Below, one piece after another: positions 9,278 through 19,386 of a stretch of DNA of 64,000 bases; within the stretch, counting starts at the first letter, position 1; each line of letters opens with the position of its first letter. The notes beneath the pieces are model-generated. The model was not told the origin of the DNA and did not search any database. It saw only the letters and a list, made by a program, of their open reading frames with translations. The position numbers and the translations under genes are program-made. The stretch comes from an uncultured Acidobacteriota bacterium (GTDB taxonomy: Bacteria > Acidobacteriota > Thermoanaerobaculia > UBA5066 > DATFVB01): contig CAWEYG010000006.1 in assembly GCA_963813155.1 (NCBI GenBank), forward strand, positions 64,001 through 128,000, written 5' to 3'.

Positions 9278-11638
9278 TCAGTTCTTCGGCTGAGGTTCCG
9301 CCGCCTCTTCGCTCTTTTTCCCCTTGTAGAAGCTCTGCTGGAGCGACCAGGGGAGCGAGAGGAGTCCCTGCCACCGCGGCGTCCATTCCTCGGTCGGCTG
9401 CGATCCGACCGCGAACGCCTCCAGGATCGGGTGCGGAGTGGACGGTGTCGCCCGGAGGCCCGTCTCGTAGTCGACCGGCTGGAACGAGATGTTCGGGGGC
9501 ACCTCGAAATTGGCCTTCGCGTCGATGTAGCCGGCGTCCCGCATCTTTCCGACGATCCGCATCCAGGCCGGCAAAGCCGCGCGGGCTCCCTCCATCTTCG
9601 GGCCCAGCGGAATCCGCTTCTCGTCGTTCCCGACCCACACGCCGATCGTGTACTTCGGGGTGAATCCGAGGAACCAGGCGTCGGTGTATTCGTTCGTCGT
9701 CCCGGTCTTGCCGGCGATGTTGTCGAGATTGAGCTGTCGCGAGCTGGCGGCGGTGCCGCGTTCCATCACCCCCTTGAGCATCCAGAGAAGCTGGAAGCAC
9801 GTCTGGGGCGAGGCGATTTCTTTCGCGTCGGAACGGCTCTGCTCCAGGACGTCCCCCTCGGAATCGGTGACTCGCTCGATCGTGTACGGGGGCACCTGGA
9901 GGCCTTCGTTCGCGAAGGTCTCGTACGCGGTCGTCATTTCCCAGAGCGTCGTTTCGAACGAGCCGAGCGCGATCGAGGGGTAGGCCAGGAGCTGCTCGTG
10001 GATTCCGAACCGGTGCGCGGTGTCGACGACGTTCTTCAACCCGACCATCCTCGCCATCTTCACGGCGGGGATGTTGATGGAATGCTCGAGCGCCCTGCGG
10101 ATCGTGACGATGCCCGAATAGTCGTTGTGGTAGTTGTGAGGCTGGTACGGCGGCTGGTGGGGGTCGATCACGATGGAGATCGGACCGTCGAACAGCGTGT
10201 CGGACGGCGTGTATCCGTTCTCGAGAGCCGTGAGGTAGACGAACGGCTTGAACGAGGAACCGGTCTGTCGCAGCGCCTGGACGGCCCGGTTGAATTTCGA
10301 CTGGTCCCAGTCGTACCCCCCGACCATCGCGCGAACGGCCCCCGTGGCATTCTCGAGGATCAGCACGGCGCCCTGCGCCCGGGGGAGGGGATCGACGGTC
10401 ACGGTCGACTTCCCTTTTTCGTCGGTCTCGGTCGTCAGGGCGACGAGGTCGCCGCGGCGGAGATTCGCGGGAAACGCGGCGGACCCCGTCCAGCGGAACG
10501 CGGAGGGCGCGACGGGCTCGCGGCGGTCCCCGATTTTCAGGATCGCCTGTCTTTTCGTGACGCTGAGCACGACGGCAACGGAAGCCGAATCCGCCTGCGT
10601 GTTTCTCGACCAGGAAGGGTCGACGTAGCGCTCCGGATCGTCGGCGCCCTCTTCGATCACGTTCCGCGGTTTGCGAAAACCGTGGCTCCGTTCGATGTGC
10701 CGCAGGCCCCAGCGAATCGCCTCCTCCGAGAAGGCCTGGAGCTTGGGGTCGAGCGTCGAATCGACGCGGAGGCCCCGGCGGTAGAGGTCTTTTTCGCCGT
10801 AGGTCTTCTCCAGGTACTGTCGGATGTCCTCGCAGAGGTACGGGGCGACGACGGATTCGGGTTGCGACGGCGCTTTCGGAAGCGGTTCGGCTTCCGCGGC
10901 GTCCGCCTGCGCGCGCGTGATCCATCGCTCCTCCAGCATTCGCCGGAGGACGTGCCGGCGCCGGGCGAGGGCCTTGGCGGGATTGCGGAACGGCGAGTAT
11001 TCCTCCGGCCGCTGGATCAGCCCGGCGAGAGTCGCCGCCTCGGCGAGCGTGAGCTTCGACACCGTCTGGCCGAAGTAATAGCGCGCCGCGGACTCCATGC
11101 CGTAGTTCCCGTGGCCGAGGTAGATCTGGTTGCAGTACAGCGTGAGGATCTGGTCCTTCGTGAAGCGCCGTTCGATCTCGACCGCGAGGAGCGCCTCGTT
11201 GACCTTGCGCGAGAGGCTCTTCTGCGGCGTCAGGAAGACGGCGCGGGCGAGCTGTTGGGTCAGCGTCGAAGCCCCCTCGGCGTAACGGTGAAGAACGAAG
11301 TCCTTGATTCCCGCCGAAGCGATGCGGAGGAGGTCGATTCCCCCGTGGTGGTAGAAGTTCTTGTCTTCGGTCGCGACGATCGCGTTCTTGAGAGAGGCCG
11401 GAAGGTCGCGCTGGCGAACGAGGATCCTTCGCTCGACGGCGTAGCGCGCGATCGTCGAGCCATCCGCAGCCCGGATTTCGGTGATGATGTCCGGCCGGTA
11501 CGTGGCGAGCTCTTCGACGCGCGGAATTCGAATCAGGTGCGCGCCGGCGTACCCCGCGAGGATGCCGAGCGCTGCCGCGAGCGCGACCGGGACGAGGACC
11601 GGCGCCGAAAGGAGGCGCCGGCGCAGCGTGGCCGTCAT
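9278..11638 (-). CDS. Class A penicillin-binding protein (PBP1A family)
   Basis: Transglycosylase motifs EDKNFYHHGG and GASTLTQQL; transpeptidase motifs SSFK, SIN and KTG. Confidence 0.93.
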   Translation of the reverse strand: MTATLRRRLLSAPVLVPVALAAALGILAGYAGAHLIRIPRVEELATYRPDIITEIRAADGSTIARYAVERRILVRQRDLPASLKNAIVATEDKNFYHHGGIDLLRIASAGIKDFVLHRYAEGASTLTQQLARAVFLTPQKSLSRKVNEALLAVEIERRFTKDQILTLYCNQIYLGHGNYGMESAARYYFGQTVSKLTLAEAATLAGLIQRPEEYSPFRNPAKALARRRHVLRRMLEERWITRAQADAAEAEPLPKAPSQPESVVAPYLCEDIRQYLEKTYGEKDLYRRGLRVDSTLDPKLQAFSEEAIRWGLRHIERSHGFRKPRNVIEEGADDPERYVDPSWSRNTQADSASVAVVLSVTKRQAILKIGDRREPVAPSAFRWTGSAAFPANLRRGDLVALTTETDEKGKSTVTVDPLPRAQGAVLILENATGAVRAMVGGYDWDQSKFNRAVQALRQTGSSFKPFVYLTALENGYTPSDTLFDGPISIVIDPHQPPYQPHNYHNDYSGIVTIRRALEHSINIPAVKMARMVGLKNVVDTAHRFGIHEQLLAYPSIALGSFETTLWEMTTAYETFANEGLQVPPYTIERVTDSEGDVLEQSRSDAKEIASPQTCFQLLWMLKGVMERGTAASSRQLNLDNIAGKTGTTNEYTDAWFLGFTPKYTIGVWVGNDEKRIPLGPKMEGARAALPAWMRIVGKMRDAGYIDAKANFEVPPNISFQPVDYETGLRATPSTPHPILEAFAVGSQPTEEWTPRWQGLLSLPWSLQQSFYKGKKSEEAAEPQPKN

Positions 11639-13044
11639 GCGCGCTTCAACCGGAGCGCGGCACGCTCGAGGATCTCTTCGCAGGCGGCCCGGTCCTCGTG
11701 TTCGCAGTACAGTCGGATCATCGGCTCCGTTCCGGAGCGTCGCAGCAGGAGCCACCCCTGCTCGCCGAAGAGCAGCTTGACGCCGTCCTTGACGACGCAG
11801 CCCGTCACGCGGCGCCCGGCGACCGAGCGGGGGGGCGACGCGGCGACCCGGTCGAGAAACGCGCGCACGGCCGGCAGCGGCCAGGGAATGTCGCGGCGGG
11901 AATACTCGAAGCTCCCGAACTCCCCGGCCATGTCGGCGAGGGCGGCGTCGAGCGTGCGTCCCGTTTTCGCGAGGTGTTCGAGGAGAACGAGCGCGGAAAG
12001 GGTTCCGTCGCGTTCCGGGAGATAGAACGCGAACCCGTAGCCGCCGCTCTCCTCGCCGCCGACGACGGCTTTCCCGGAGATCATGAGGTCCGCGACGTAT
12101 TTGAAGCCGATCGACGTCTCGAAGAGGGGGACGCCGAGGCGGGAAGCGATGCGGTCGATCAGGAGCGACGTCGAAAACGTCTTCGCGATTCCGCCCGCGA
12201 GGCCACGCACGCGCAGCGTGTGCAGGATCAGGAGGCCGAGAACGCGGTGGGCGGAGACGAATGCCCCGCGCGAATCCAGGACCCCGAGGCGGTCGGCATC
12301 GCCGTCGTTGGCGGCCGCGAGCGCGAACCCTCCCTCGCGGACGCGCCGGGCGGCGGCGGAGAGGTTGGCCCCGATCGGTTCCGGATGGCCTCCTCCGAAC
12401 GAGACGTCCCGATCGGCGCGCATCGTCTCGACCCGGGCCCCCGGACCGGCGACGATCTCCTCGAACAGGCGGCCGGCGGCGCCGTGCATCGCGTCGATCA
12501 GGACGGGGATGCCGGCCGACCGGATGGCCTCGACGTCGACGACCCCGGCGAGCGCCTGCCGGTACGCCGTCCAGAGGTCGGTCCGGACGACGGGCGCGGG
12601 CCGCGATCCCTTCCGGAACGGCCGATCGACTCTCTTCTCGACCTGTTCATACAGCTGCGGAGGAGCGCTTCCGCCGTAGTGGGCCTTCAGCTTGAACCCG
12701 TTGTAGGTTGCCGGATTGTGGCTCGCCGTGATCGCGACACCTCCCGAAAGGCCGAGACGGCGGACGTGGAGAGAGACTGCCGGCGTCGGGATCGGGCGAT
12801 CCGAGAGGAGAACCTCGATCCCGGCCGAGCGGAAGACCTCCGCGACGACCGCGGCAAACTCTTCGGACAGAAATCGCGTGTCGTGGCCCACGACGATGCG
12901 GGTGCGGTCGCCGGGGCCGAAGGCGCCCTCGCGATAGCAGCCGGCCGCCGCGGTCGCGAGGCGTCGAAAAGTCTCGAACGTGGCGTCTTCGGCGATGGTG
13001 CCGCGCCAGCCGTCCGTTCCGAAGCGAAGCGAGGGGAGCGTCAA
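11635..13044 (-). CDS. Phosphoglucomutase/phosphomannomutase family protein
   Basis: FGTDGWRG, TASHNP, DGDADR, GEESGG, RRSGTEP; TTG start at 13044. Confidence 0.93.
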   Translation of the reverse strand: MTLPSLRFGTDGWRGTIAEDATFETFRRLATAAAGCYREGAFGPGDRTRIVVGHDTRFLSEEFAAVVAEVFRSAGIEVLLSDRPIPTPAVSLHVRRLGLSGGVAITASHNPATYNGFKLKAHYGGSAPPQLYEQVEKRVDRPFRKGSRPAPVVRTDLWTAYRQALAGVVDVEAIRSAGIPVLIDAMHGAAGRLFEEIVAGPGARVETMRADRDVSFGGGHPEPIGANLSAAARRVREGGFALAAANDGDADRLGVLDSRGAFVSAHRVLGLLILHTLRVRGLAGGIAKTFSTSLLIDRIASRLGVPLFETSIGFKYVADLMISGKAVVGGEESGGYGFAFYLPERDGTLSALVLLEHLAKTGRTLDAALADMAGEFGSFEYSRRDIPWPLPAVRAFLDRVAASPPRSVAGRRVTGCVVKDGVKLLFGEQGWLLLRRSGTEPMIRLYCEHEDRAACEEILERAALRLKRA

Positions 13045-14129
13045 CGGGGTACGCTTTCCGCCCGAAGAAATTCGGTCGCCGTCGCGAAGCGATAGCCTTC
13101 CGCGGCGAGGCCGTCCAGCAGGCGCGGAACTTCCCGCCCGACGGGGTCTCCCTTCCTCTCGGAGCCGAGGTGCATGAGAATGATTCCGCCGGGCCGCGCG
13201 GCCGCGAGAAGGCGATCGATGACCCGGCGCGAGGAACGATACCGCGGGGACGCTTCGTCGGAGACCCAGTCGAGCGAATCGAGGCTCTCTCCGGTCCCGT
13301 GAGTCCAGGAGACGTGGGCATACCCGGCGCTCGCGGCCCATGCGCGAATCTCCGCGTTCTCCTCACCGAATGGAGCGCGCCAGATCGGGGCCATCTTTCG
13401 GCCCGTCGTCTTTTCGTAGGCTTCCGCGGTCCTCCGCAACTCCTCCCGAAGAAAGTCTTCCGTCACGCCCGGGCGAAGTTTCTGGCCGCCGCCCGAGGCG
13501 AAGAGGGTCAGGTGCGGGTGGGTGAAGGTGTGATTGCCGACTTCGTGGCCGTCCTCGGCGACTCGTCGGGCGACCGCGGGGTATCGCGAGATGAATTCTC
13601 CCGTGAGGAACACGGTCGTCCGAATGGACCGATTCCGCAGCGCGTCGAGGATCTCGTTCGCGCCGCGGTCCGAAGAGCCTGCGTCGAAAGAGAGCACGAT
13701 CGGCCGATCGGCCGCCGCCGACGGCGGGGCTTCCAGAAGATCCGGAGGGCCGTTGGGCCGGAGGCGGGCGGCGATTCGAACGGTTGCCGGCTTCGAAGCC
13801 GGTTGGGCGATCGGGCGATCCGCGGGCGCGAGACGGACGGATGCGGGCAGGGCGGCCGGCGCCGGAGGTCGGGCGGCGGGCCCGGCGGAGGGGCGAGGCC
13901 GAAGCGCCCACCACGCGGCCCCGGCCGCGAACGCGACGAGGATCGAGGCCGCGAGAAATCCGGCGGCCGGAGTCTTCGGCGGGTTGGAAGCGGCCAGATT
14001 CGCGCACGCCGGCCCGCAGTAGAGCCGGCCCCCGCGGCGGAACTCGCAGCGCGCGCAGACCGGACGCCGGCACGATCGGCAGGTCCGCGGCGCTCGCTCC
14101 TTCGGATGTCGGGGACAGAGACGGGGCAC
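13041..14129 (-). CDS. Polysaccharide (CE4/NodB) deacetylase with N-terminal Cys/His zinc finger and TM anchor
   Basis: CPRH..CRSC..CARC..CGPAC, TM helix, then SFDAG, NHTFTHPH, RAPFG, DSLDW, LMH. Confidence 0.85.
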   Translation of the reverse strand: MPRLCPRHPKERAPRTCRSCRRPVCARCEFRRGGRLYCGPACANLAASNPPKTPAAGFLAASILVAFAAGAAWWALRPRPSAGPAARPPAPAALPASVRLAPADRPIAQPASKPATVRIAARLRPNGPPDLLEAPPSAAADRPIVLSFDAGSSDRGANEILDALRNRSIRTTVFLTGEFISRYPAVARRVAEDGHEVGNHTFTHPHLTLFASGGGQKLRPGVTEDFLREELRRTAEAYEKTTGRKMAPIWRAPFGEENAEIRAWAASAGYAHVSWTHGTGESLDSLDWVSDEASPRYRSSRRVIDRLLAAARPGGIILMHLGSERKGDPVGREVPRLLDGLAAEGYRFATATEFLRAESVPR

Positions 14130-14201
14130 GAAGCGATTCTCGCACGAGTTCGCGTTCTCGACGAGAGAACCGGCGGCGGCGTTTCGCCCGGCGCCGAAAC
14201 C

Positions 14202-14230
14202 TTGATCGAGACCCCTGCCTCTGAGAGAAT
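14202..14230 (+). promoter_or_regulatory. Putative sigma70 promoter for leaderless pgsA
   Basis: TTGATC-17 nt-GAGAAT with TG extension, 7 nt before the TTG start. Confidence 0.5.
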
Positions 14231-14237
14231 TCAGCGG

Positions 14238-14786
14238 TTGAAGCTGAATCTTCCGAACTGGCTGACACTCCTCCGGATCTTCCTGGTTCCGTTCCTCGTC
14301 GTCGTGCTGCTCACGAAATTCGATTTTCGGGAAGTCCTCGGGCTCGCGATCTTCTGGCTGGCCGCGATCACGGACTTCTTCGACGGTTATTTCGCGCGAA
14401 AGCGCAAAGAGGTGACGCGCCTCGGCACGCTTCTCGACCCGATCGCCGACAAGCTTCTCACCTCGGCCGCTTTCATTTCGCTCGTCGATCTCGGCGTCGC
14501 CCCCGCGTGGACCGTCGTCGTGATCATCGGCCGCGAGTTCGCGGTTTCGGGGCTGCGCTCGATCGCGGCGGATCGCGGCATCATGATTCCCGCTTCGCCG
14601 CTCGGAAAATTCAAGATGTTCTCGCAGATCGTCGCGATCTCGCTGCTGATCGTGAGGTTCCGCTACGGGTGGCTCGCGACGACGTCGAAGGTCGCGCTCT
14701 ACACGGTCGTCTTCTTCGCGGTCGCGTCCGCCGTGGACTACTTCCAGAAATTCTGGCGAAGCGTTCTCGTCGAAGAGCCGGTGTGA
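14238..14786 (+). CDS. pgsA: CDP-diacylglycerol--glycerol-3-phosphate 3-phosphatidyltransferase
   Basis: NLPNWLTLLR, DFFDGYFARK...GTLLDPIADKLL, GREFAVSGLR, GKFKM. Confidence 0.93.
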   Translation: MKLNLPNWLTLLRIFLVPFLVVVLLTKFDFREVLGLAIFWLAAITDFFDGYFARKRKEVTRLGTLLDPIADKLLTSAAFISLVDLGVAPAWTVVVIIGREFAVSGLRSIAADRGIMIPASPLGKFKMFSQIVAISLLIVRFRYGWLATTSKVALYTVVFFAVASAVDYFQKFWRSVLVEEPV

Positions 14787-14906
14787 TTCGCCTCTCCCCC
14801 TGCGGGAGAGGCCGCCGCGCAGCGGCGGGTGAGGGGGACGTACTCGGGCTACCCCTCACCCTCCGCACCTTCGGTGCTCCACCCTCTCCCTCAAGGGGAG
14901 AGGGGG
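14786..14906. repeat. Intergenic palindromic doublet, copy 2
   Basis: ATTCGCCTCTCCCCCTGCGGGAGAGGCCGCCGCGCAGCGGCGGGTGAGGGGG, spacer, CCCCTCACCC...CCCTCTCCCTCAAGGGGAGAGGG; between convergent pgsA and trmB. Confidence 0.85.
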
Positions 14907-14916
14907 ATGCGGACGC

Positions 14917-15522
14917 TCAGCTCTTCTTCAGCAAGAAACGGTGGAAGTCGCGTCCGAGGACGCGGTACTTCAGCTCGTAGTGGGTCGGCGGGGGAGCTTC
15001 CTCGCTCTCCCAGGGGGCCGGCCGCCAGCCGATGCCGGACCGGCGAATTTCTTCGATCGCCTCGCCGATGGCGGCCGCGTATTCCTCGTGGTCGGTGACG
15101 ACGCGAAAGGTCGCGCCGGGGACGGCCTTCGGGAAGGTCGAGGCGAAGAACTCCGCGCGGAGGAGCCGCCTCTTCCGCTGCTTTTTCTTCGGCCAGGGGT
15201 CGAGGAAATATGCGTGGAAAGCGGAGACGGAGGAGTCGGCGAGAAAATCCACGATCTCCTCCGCCTGGGCGCGCACGATGCAGACGTTGGGCAGCCCGGC
15301 GCGCTCGACCCGATCGCGGGCGATGCGGTAATAGGAGAGGCTTCGCTCCAGACCGAGGTAATTGCGATCCGGGTGGCGCCGCCCGGACTCGATGAGGAAC
15401 CGCGCCTTGCCCGAACCGAACTCGATTTCCAGCGGCGCCTCGCCCGGGAAGAGCGCGCCGGGGGAAAACGGCGCCGTCCGCACGTGTTCGTCGGGCGTCA
15501 AAGGGAGTCGCGTTGAATCCAT
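14917..15522 (-). CDS. trmB: tRNA (guanine-N7)-methyltransferase
   Basis: LEIEFGSGKARFL, NYLGLE, FLDPWPKKKQRKRRL, TDHEEY, THYELKY. Confidence 0.88.
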   Translation of the reverse strand: MDSTRLPLTPDEHVRTAPFSPGALFPGEAPLEIEFGSGKARFLIESGRRHPDRNYLGLERSLSYYRIARDRVERAGLPNVCIVRAQAEEIVDFLADSSVSAFHAYFLDPWPKKKQRKRRLLRAEFFASTFPKAVPGATFRVVTDHEEYAAAIGEAIEEIRRSGIGWRPAPWESEEAPPPTHYELKYRVLGRDFHRFLLKKS

Positions 15523-15553
15523 CGCAGGGTGGATGCTAACCTCGACCGCGCGA

Positions 15554-15847
15554 ATGCCGACAGTCGTATTTCTCAACGAGGGGAAGGCGGGCCAGGTCCC
15601 CGAAGGCACGTCCGTCCTCGACGCCGCGCTCTCGATGGGGGTCCGAATCTCGCACGTGTGCAACGGCGGGGGCACCTGTTCCACTTGCCGGGTCGAAGCG
15701 GTCGCGGGCGGCGATAACCTCTCGCCGATCGAGCCCAACGAGATTGCCTACACGATGGGGCCGAATGTGCGCCTCGGCTGCCAGGCGAGAATCCGCGGAA
15801 ACGTCGGCGTCCGCGTTCTCATCATTCCGAAGATCGAGTTGTACTGA
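15554..15847 (+). CDS. 2Fe-2S ferredoxin
   Basis: CNGGGTCSTC...RLGCQA. Confidence 0.9.
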   Translation: MPTVVFLNEGKAGQVPEGTSVLDAALSMGVRISHVCNGGGTCSTCRVEAVAGGDNLSPIEPNEIAYTMGPNVRLGCQARIRGNVGVRVLIIPKIELY

Positions 15848-15865
15848 GGGAAAGCCGCCGGCCCG

Positions 15866-17521
15866 CTAGCGCGCCGGATTTCCGGTGCCGAGAGCGGCCG
15901 TTTCGAGGTCTCTCGCCGCGCTGGCCTTCGCGAGAGCGGCCTGCGCGTCGGCGGAGGCGGGCGACAGCTGGGCTTCCTTTTCGAACGCCCGCGCCGCTTC
16001 CCCGAAACGGCCGAGCTGGAACTCGGCGACCCCGAGGTCGTGGGCGAGGATCGCCGATTCCGGGTGTTCCGCCTGCGACTTCCGGAGGAGCTCGGCGGCG
16101 GCCGCCCAGTTCGAGGCCGCGGCGAGCCCGGCGGCCCTGCCGGTGATCGCGATCTCGTCGCCGCCGGAGATTTCCAGGGAATGCGAGAACGCCTCCGCCG
16201 CGCCGTTGCCGTCGTTGCCCGCGAGGAGGACCGTTCCCAGAGCGTTCCAGGAGCCGGCGTCCTTCGCGTCGATTCGAACCGCCTCGCGCAACTCGCGCTC
16301 GGATTCCTTGAGCATTTTCGATCTCATGTAGTCGCGGCCGAGGTGGGCGTGGTACGCGGCGACGGAGCCGTCGAGCTTGACCGCTTCGATCGCCTGATCG
16401 GTGGCGGGCCCGAGCTCGTTCTCCGACGCGAGGTACACGCCGAATCGATCCCGTGCGGCCGCGTTCTTCGGATCGATCTCGGTCGCCTGCCCGAACGCGA
16501 GGCGCGCTCCGCTTTTGTCCCCGAGCAGGACGAGCGCTTCGCCGAGGCCCGAGGCCGCGGGCTGGGACCGGGGATTGAGCTCCAGCGCTCTCCGGTAGTG
16601 CGCGGCCGCCGTGTTCGGCTGGCCGGCCTTCTCGGCGATCCGGGCGAGACCGATCTGGGTTCTCCCGTCCGCGGGGTCGAGGGCGCTCGCGGCGAGAAAT
16701 TCGCGTTCGGCCGTCGCCGCGTCTCCCTGTCCGAGCGCCGCCTCTCCCGCGATGCGGTGGGCCGGCGCGCTCCGGGGATCGATTTCCTGGGCCTTGTGGG
16801 CCGCGTCGAGCGCGCCCGCAAAGTCGCCTTTCGCCAGCGCCTGCTCGCCGTTGGCGAGGAGCTCGTTCGGGTTCCCCGGGGGAGGCGGCGGCGGGGCGGT
16901 CGCGGCACCCGCGGGAGGAAGCGCGCCGATGGACGATTCGGAAATGCCGCCCGCCTCGAGCACCGAAGCCCGTTTCTTCTCGGCCTCGGCTTCGGCCGTC
17001 TTGCCGACCTTCTCGTATGCCTGGGAAAGAAGGCGATGGATTTCCGGGTCGTTGGAGTCCGAGACGCGCTTGAGGTCGTACACGACGTCCTGGGCGAGCC
17101 CGCCGGCGAGCCGCTCCCGCGCCGAGGCCTTCAGGGCCTCGAAATCGACCTTGGGCGGCGGCGGCATTTCCGCCTTGATCGCCGAAGCGAGCTTCGCGAA
17201 ATCGTCGCTGTAGAACTCGGGGAGCACCTGGAGTTGGGGACGCGCGAGGAACGCTTTCTTCAGCGCCGAGCGCGAGCCGGGGACGTCTCCGCCGATGTAG
17301 CACGCCCACGCGGACTGCAGCGCGAGGTCCGCGACCCGATCGGGCTCGAGCGTCGGCTCATTGGAAGCCTGCAGGTATTTTGCGGCGGCTTCGCGGAATT
17401 TTCCCGCTTCGAACGCGCGCCGCGCGTCCGCAACGAGCTTCTCGGTGTCCGCCGCGAAAGCGAGGAGCGAGCAAAGCAGGGCGAACGCAGCGATTCCGGC
17501 GAGCCGGGCTCTTCCCTTCAT
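15866..17521 (-). CDS. Secreted tetratricopeptide-repeat protein
   Basis: Signal peptide MKGRARLAGIAAFALLCSLLAFA; multiple TPRs such as AAAHYRRALELNP. Confidence 0.85.
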   Translation of the reverse strand: MKGRARLAGIAAFALLCSLLAFAADTEKLVADARRAFEAGKFREAAAKYLQASNEPTLEPDRVADLALQSAWACYIGGDVPGSRSALKKAFLARPQLQVLPEFYSDDFAKLASAIKAEMPPPPKVDFEALKASARERLAGGLAQDVVYDLKRVSDSNDPEIHRLLSQAYEKVGKTAEAEAEKKRASVLEAGGISESSIGALPPAGAATAPPPPPPGNPNELLANGEQALAKGDFAGALDAAHKAQEIDPRSAPAHRIAGEAALGQGDAATAEREFLAASALDPADGRTQIGLARIAEKAGQPNTAAAHYRRALELNPRSQPAASGLGEALVLLGDKSGARLAFGQATEIDPKNAAARDRFGVYLASENELGPATDQAIEAVKLDGSVAAYHAHLGRDYMRSKMLKESERELREAVRIDAKDAGSWNALGTVLLAGNDGNGAAEAFSHSLEISGGDEIAITGRAAGLAAASNWAAAAELLRKSQAEHPESAILAHDLGVAEFQLGRFGEAARAFEKEAQLSPASADAQAALAKASAARDLETAALGTGNPAR

Positions 17522-19338
17522 GGGTTCCTGTCCGGCGGGGCGATGTGGAGCTCCTCCCGCTTTCCGGCCTGGATCGTGATCGTCTTGAGCACCGGCGGAA
17601 TTCCCTCCGCGGAGATGGCCACTTCGTGGGCTCCCGGGGAAACGAGCAGCGGAATGGTCGGAATCCGGCCGCGCGTCTTCCCGTCGACGAGGACTCTCGC
17701 GCCCTTCCACTCCGGGCTCGCGGTGATGAGAATCGACCCGACAGGGAAGGAATGGAAGAAAGTGTCTTTCTCGCCTTTCCCGACCTTGAAGCTTTCGGTG
17801 TATTCGGTCCCGTCTTCGAGGTCGAACCGCAGGCGGTGCGGGCCTTCGTCGAGCTTCAGCGTTTGGCGAGGAACCGTGTCGCCGATTTCCTTGCCGTCGA
17901 TGAAGAGAGTCGAGTTCGGCGTCGTCGAGAAATTCACGGCGTATCTCTTCGCGGGCGCAGCCTCTTCGGTGGACTTTTCGGGGGCCTTCTTCACGGCCGC
18001 CGTTTCGCTGGGTTTCGCCGCGGGAGGCGGTTCGACGGCCTTCGCGGCCGCCGGGGCCGGGAGCTCGGCGGATGTCGTCGCCGGCGCGGCGCCGGGAGGA
18101 GGAACCGCGGGAGCGGCCGGAGACGTGGCCGGGGCCGGCGCGGCCGTTTGCGCGATCTGGGCCGGGCGAATTTTGAACCAGTAGAACGCGCCGGCGCCCG
18201 CGAGCAGCACCGCGACGACGGCGAAAACGATCCCCATATTCGACTTCGATTCCTTCGGGGCCGCGCCCGACAGGCTTTGCGGAACGGGCGGGAGCGCTTC
18301 GCCCCCGGAAGGGTTCCGGAAGTCCATCAATTCCAGCGACCGGGCCGCGGAGTTGGGCGCGGGAGTCGCGTCGGCCGGCGCGGAGAGATTCGGAGACCGG
18401 GCGAGCGCGCCCGAAGGGGGAGTGACGCCCGCTTCGAAGTGCGACGTCATCGCCTCGGAGTTGTCGATGTCCGGCACCGCGCGGATGTGCTCGCGCGCCG
18501 GGGTGCGGGCCGTGACGCCCGGTTCCCCGCCCAGGGTCTCGAGCACGGCCGTGAGGTCCCGGCGAAAATCCGCGACGGTCTCGTATCTCTCCGTCGGCGA
18601 CTTCTCCATCGCGGTCGCGACCGCGTTGTCGAGGGCGGGAGGCGCGTCGGGGGACTGGGCCGAGATCGGCTCGGGCTTCTCGTTGAGAATCTTGAACAAC
18701 ACGGTCGAGATGTGCTCTCCCCGGAACGGCTTCTGGTAGGTGAAGAGCTCGTAGGCGAGGACTCCGAGCGAGAAAATATCGGTGCGAGGGTCGACGCCTT
18801 CGCCGCGAATCTGCTCGGGAGCGAGATACGCGGCCGTGCCGAGAGTGATTCCGGTCTGCGTGAGGTTGGATTCGGTCTGAAAGGACTTCGCGATGCCGAA
18901 ATCCATGATCTTGACGTCGCCGTTGGCGAGGACGCGGACGTTCGACGGCTTGATGTCGCGGTGAATGATCCCCGCGCCGTGCGCGTACCCGAGTCCGTCG
19001 CAGATGTCCTGGAGGATTTCGAGCTTCCGGCGAAGGGGAATCACGTCGCCGCGCTTGACCATCTTGTCGAGGTCCTCGCCGGTCAGATATTCCTGGACGA
19101 TGTAGGGAATTCCGTCCTGGACGCCGAAGTCGTAGATCGTCGTGATGTTGCGGTGATGAAGGTTTCCCGAGAGCTCCGCCTCGCGAAAGAAACGCTTCTT
19201 GATTTCGTCGTCGTCGGACTGGCAGGTTTTGACCGCGACCGTTCTCTTGATGAACGGATCCCGACCCCGATAGACCGTGCCGAACCCGCCGACGCCGATC
19301 TTTTCGACGATTTCGTACTTCCCGAGTTTTTCGATCAT
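17518..19338 (-). CDS. Hanks-type Ser/Thr protein kinase with TM helix and C-terminal PEGA-like domains
   Basis: GVGGFGTVY, VAVK, HRDIKPSN, DFGIAK, YLAPEQ; TM GIVFAVVAVLLAGAGAFYWF. Confidence 0.93.
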   Translation of the reverse strand: MIEKLGKYEIVEKIGVGGFGTVYRGRDPFIKRTVAVKTCQSDDDEIKKRFFREAELSGNLHHRNITTIYDFGVQDGIPYIVQEYLTGEDLDKMVKRGDVIPLRRKLEILQDICDGLGYAHGAGIIHRDIKPSNVRVLANGDVKIMDFGIAKSFQTESNLTQTGITLGTAAYLAPEQIRGEGVDPRTDIFSLGVLAYELFTYQKPFRGEHISTVLFKILNEKPEPISAQSPDAPPALDNAVATAMEKSPTERYETVADFRRDLTAVLETLGGEPGVTARTPAREHIRAVPDIDNSEAMTSHFEAGVTPPSGALARSPNLSAPADATPAPNSAARSLELMDFRNPSGGEALPPVPQSLSGAAPKESKSNMGIVFAVVAVLLAGAGAFYWFKIRPAQIAQTAAPAPATSPAAPAVPPPGAAPATTSAELPAPAAAKAVEPPPAAKPSETAAVKKAPEKSTEEAAPAKRYAVNFSTTPNSTLFIDGKEIGDTVPRQTLKLDEGPHRLRFDLEDGTEYTESFKVGKGEKDTFFHSFPVGSILITASPEWKGARVLVDGKTRGRIPTIPLLVSPGAHEVAISAEGIPPVLKTITIQAGKREELHIAPPDRNP

Positions 19339-19386
19339 CAGCCTCCGCAAGTTTAATCGAAGCGAGGGGTTCGGTAAAGTATGCGG

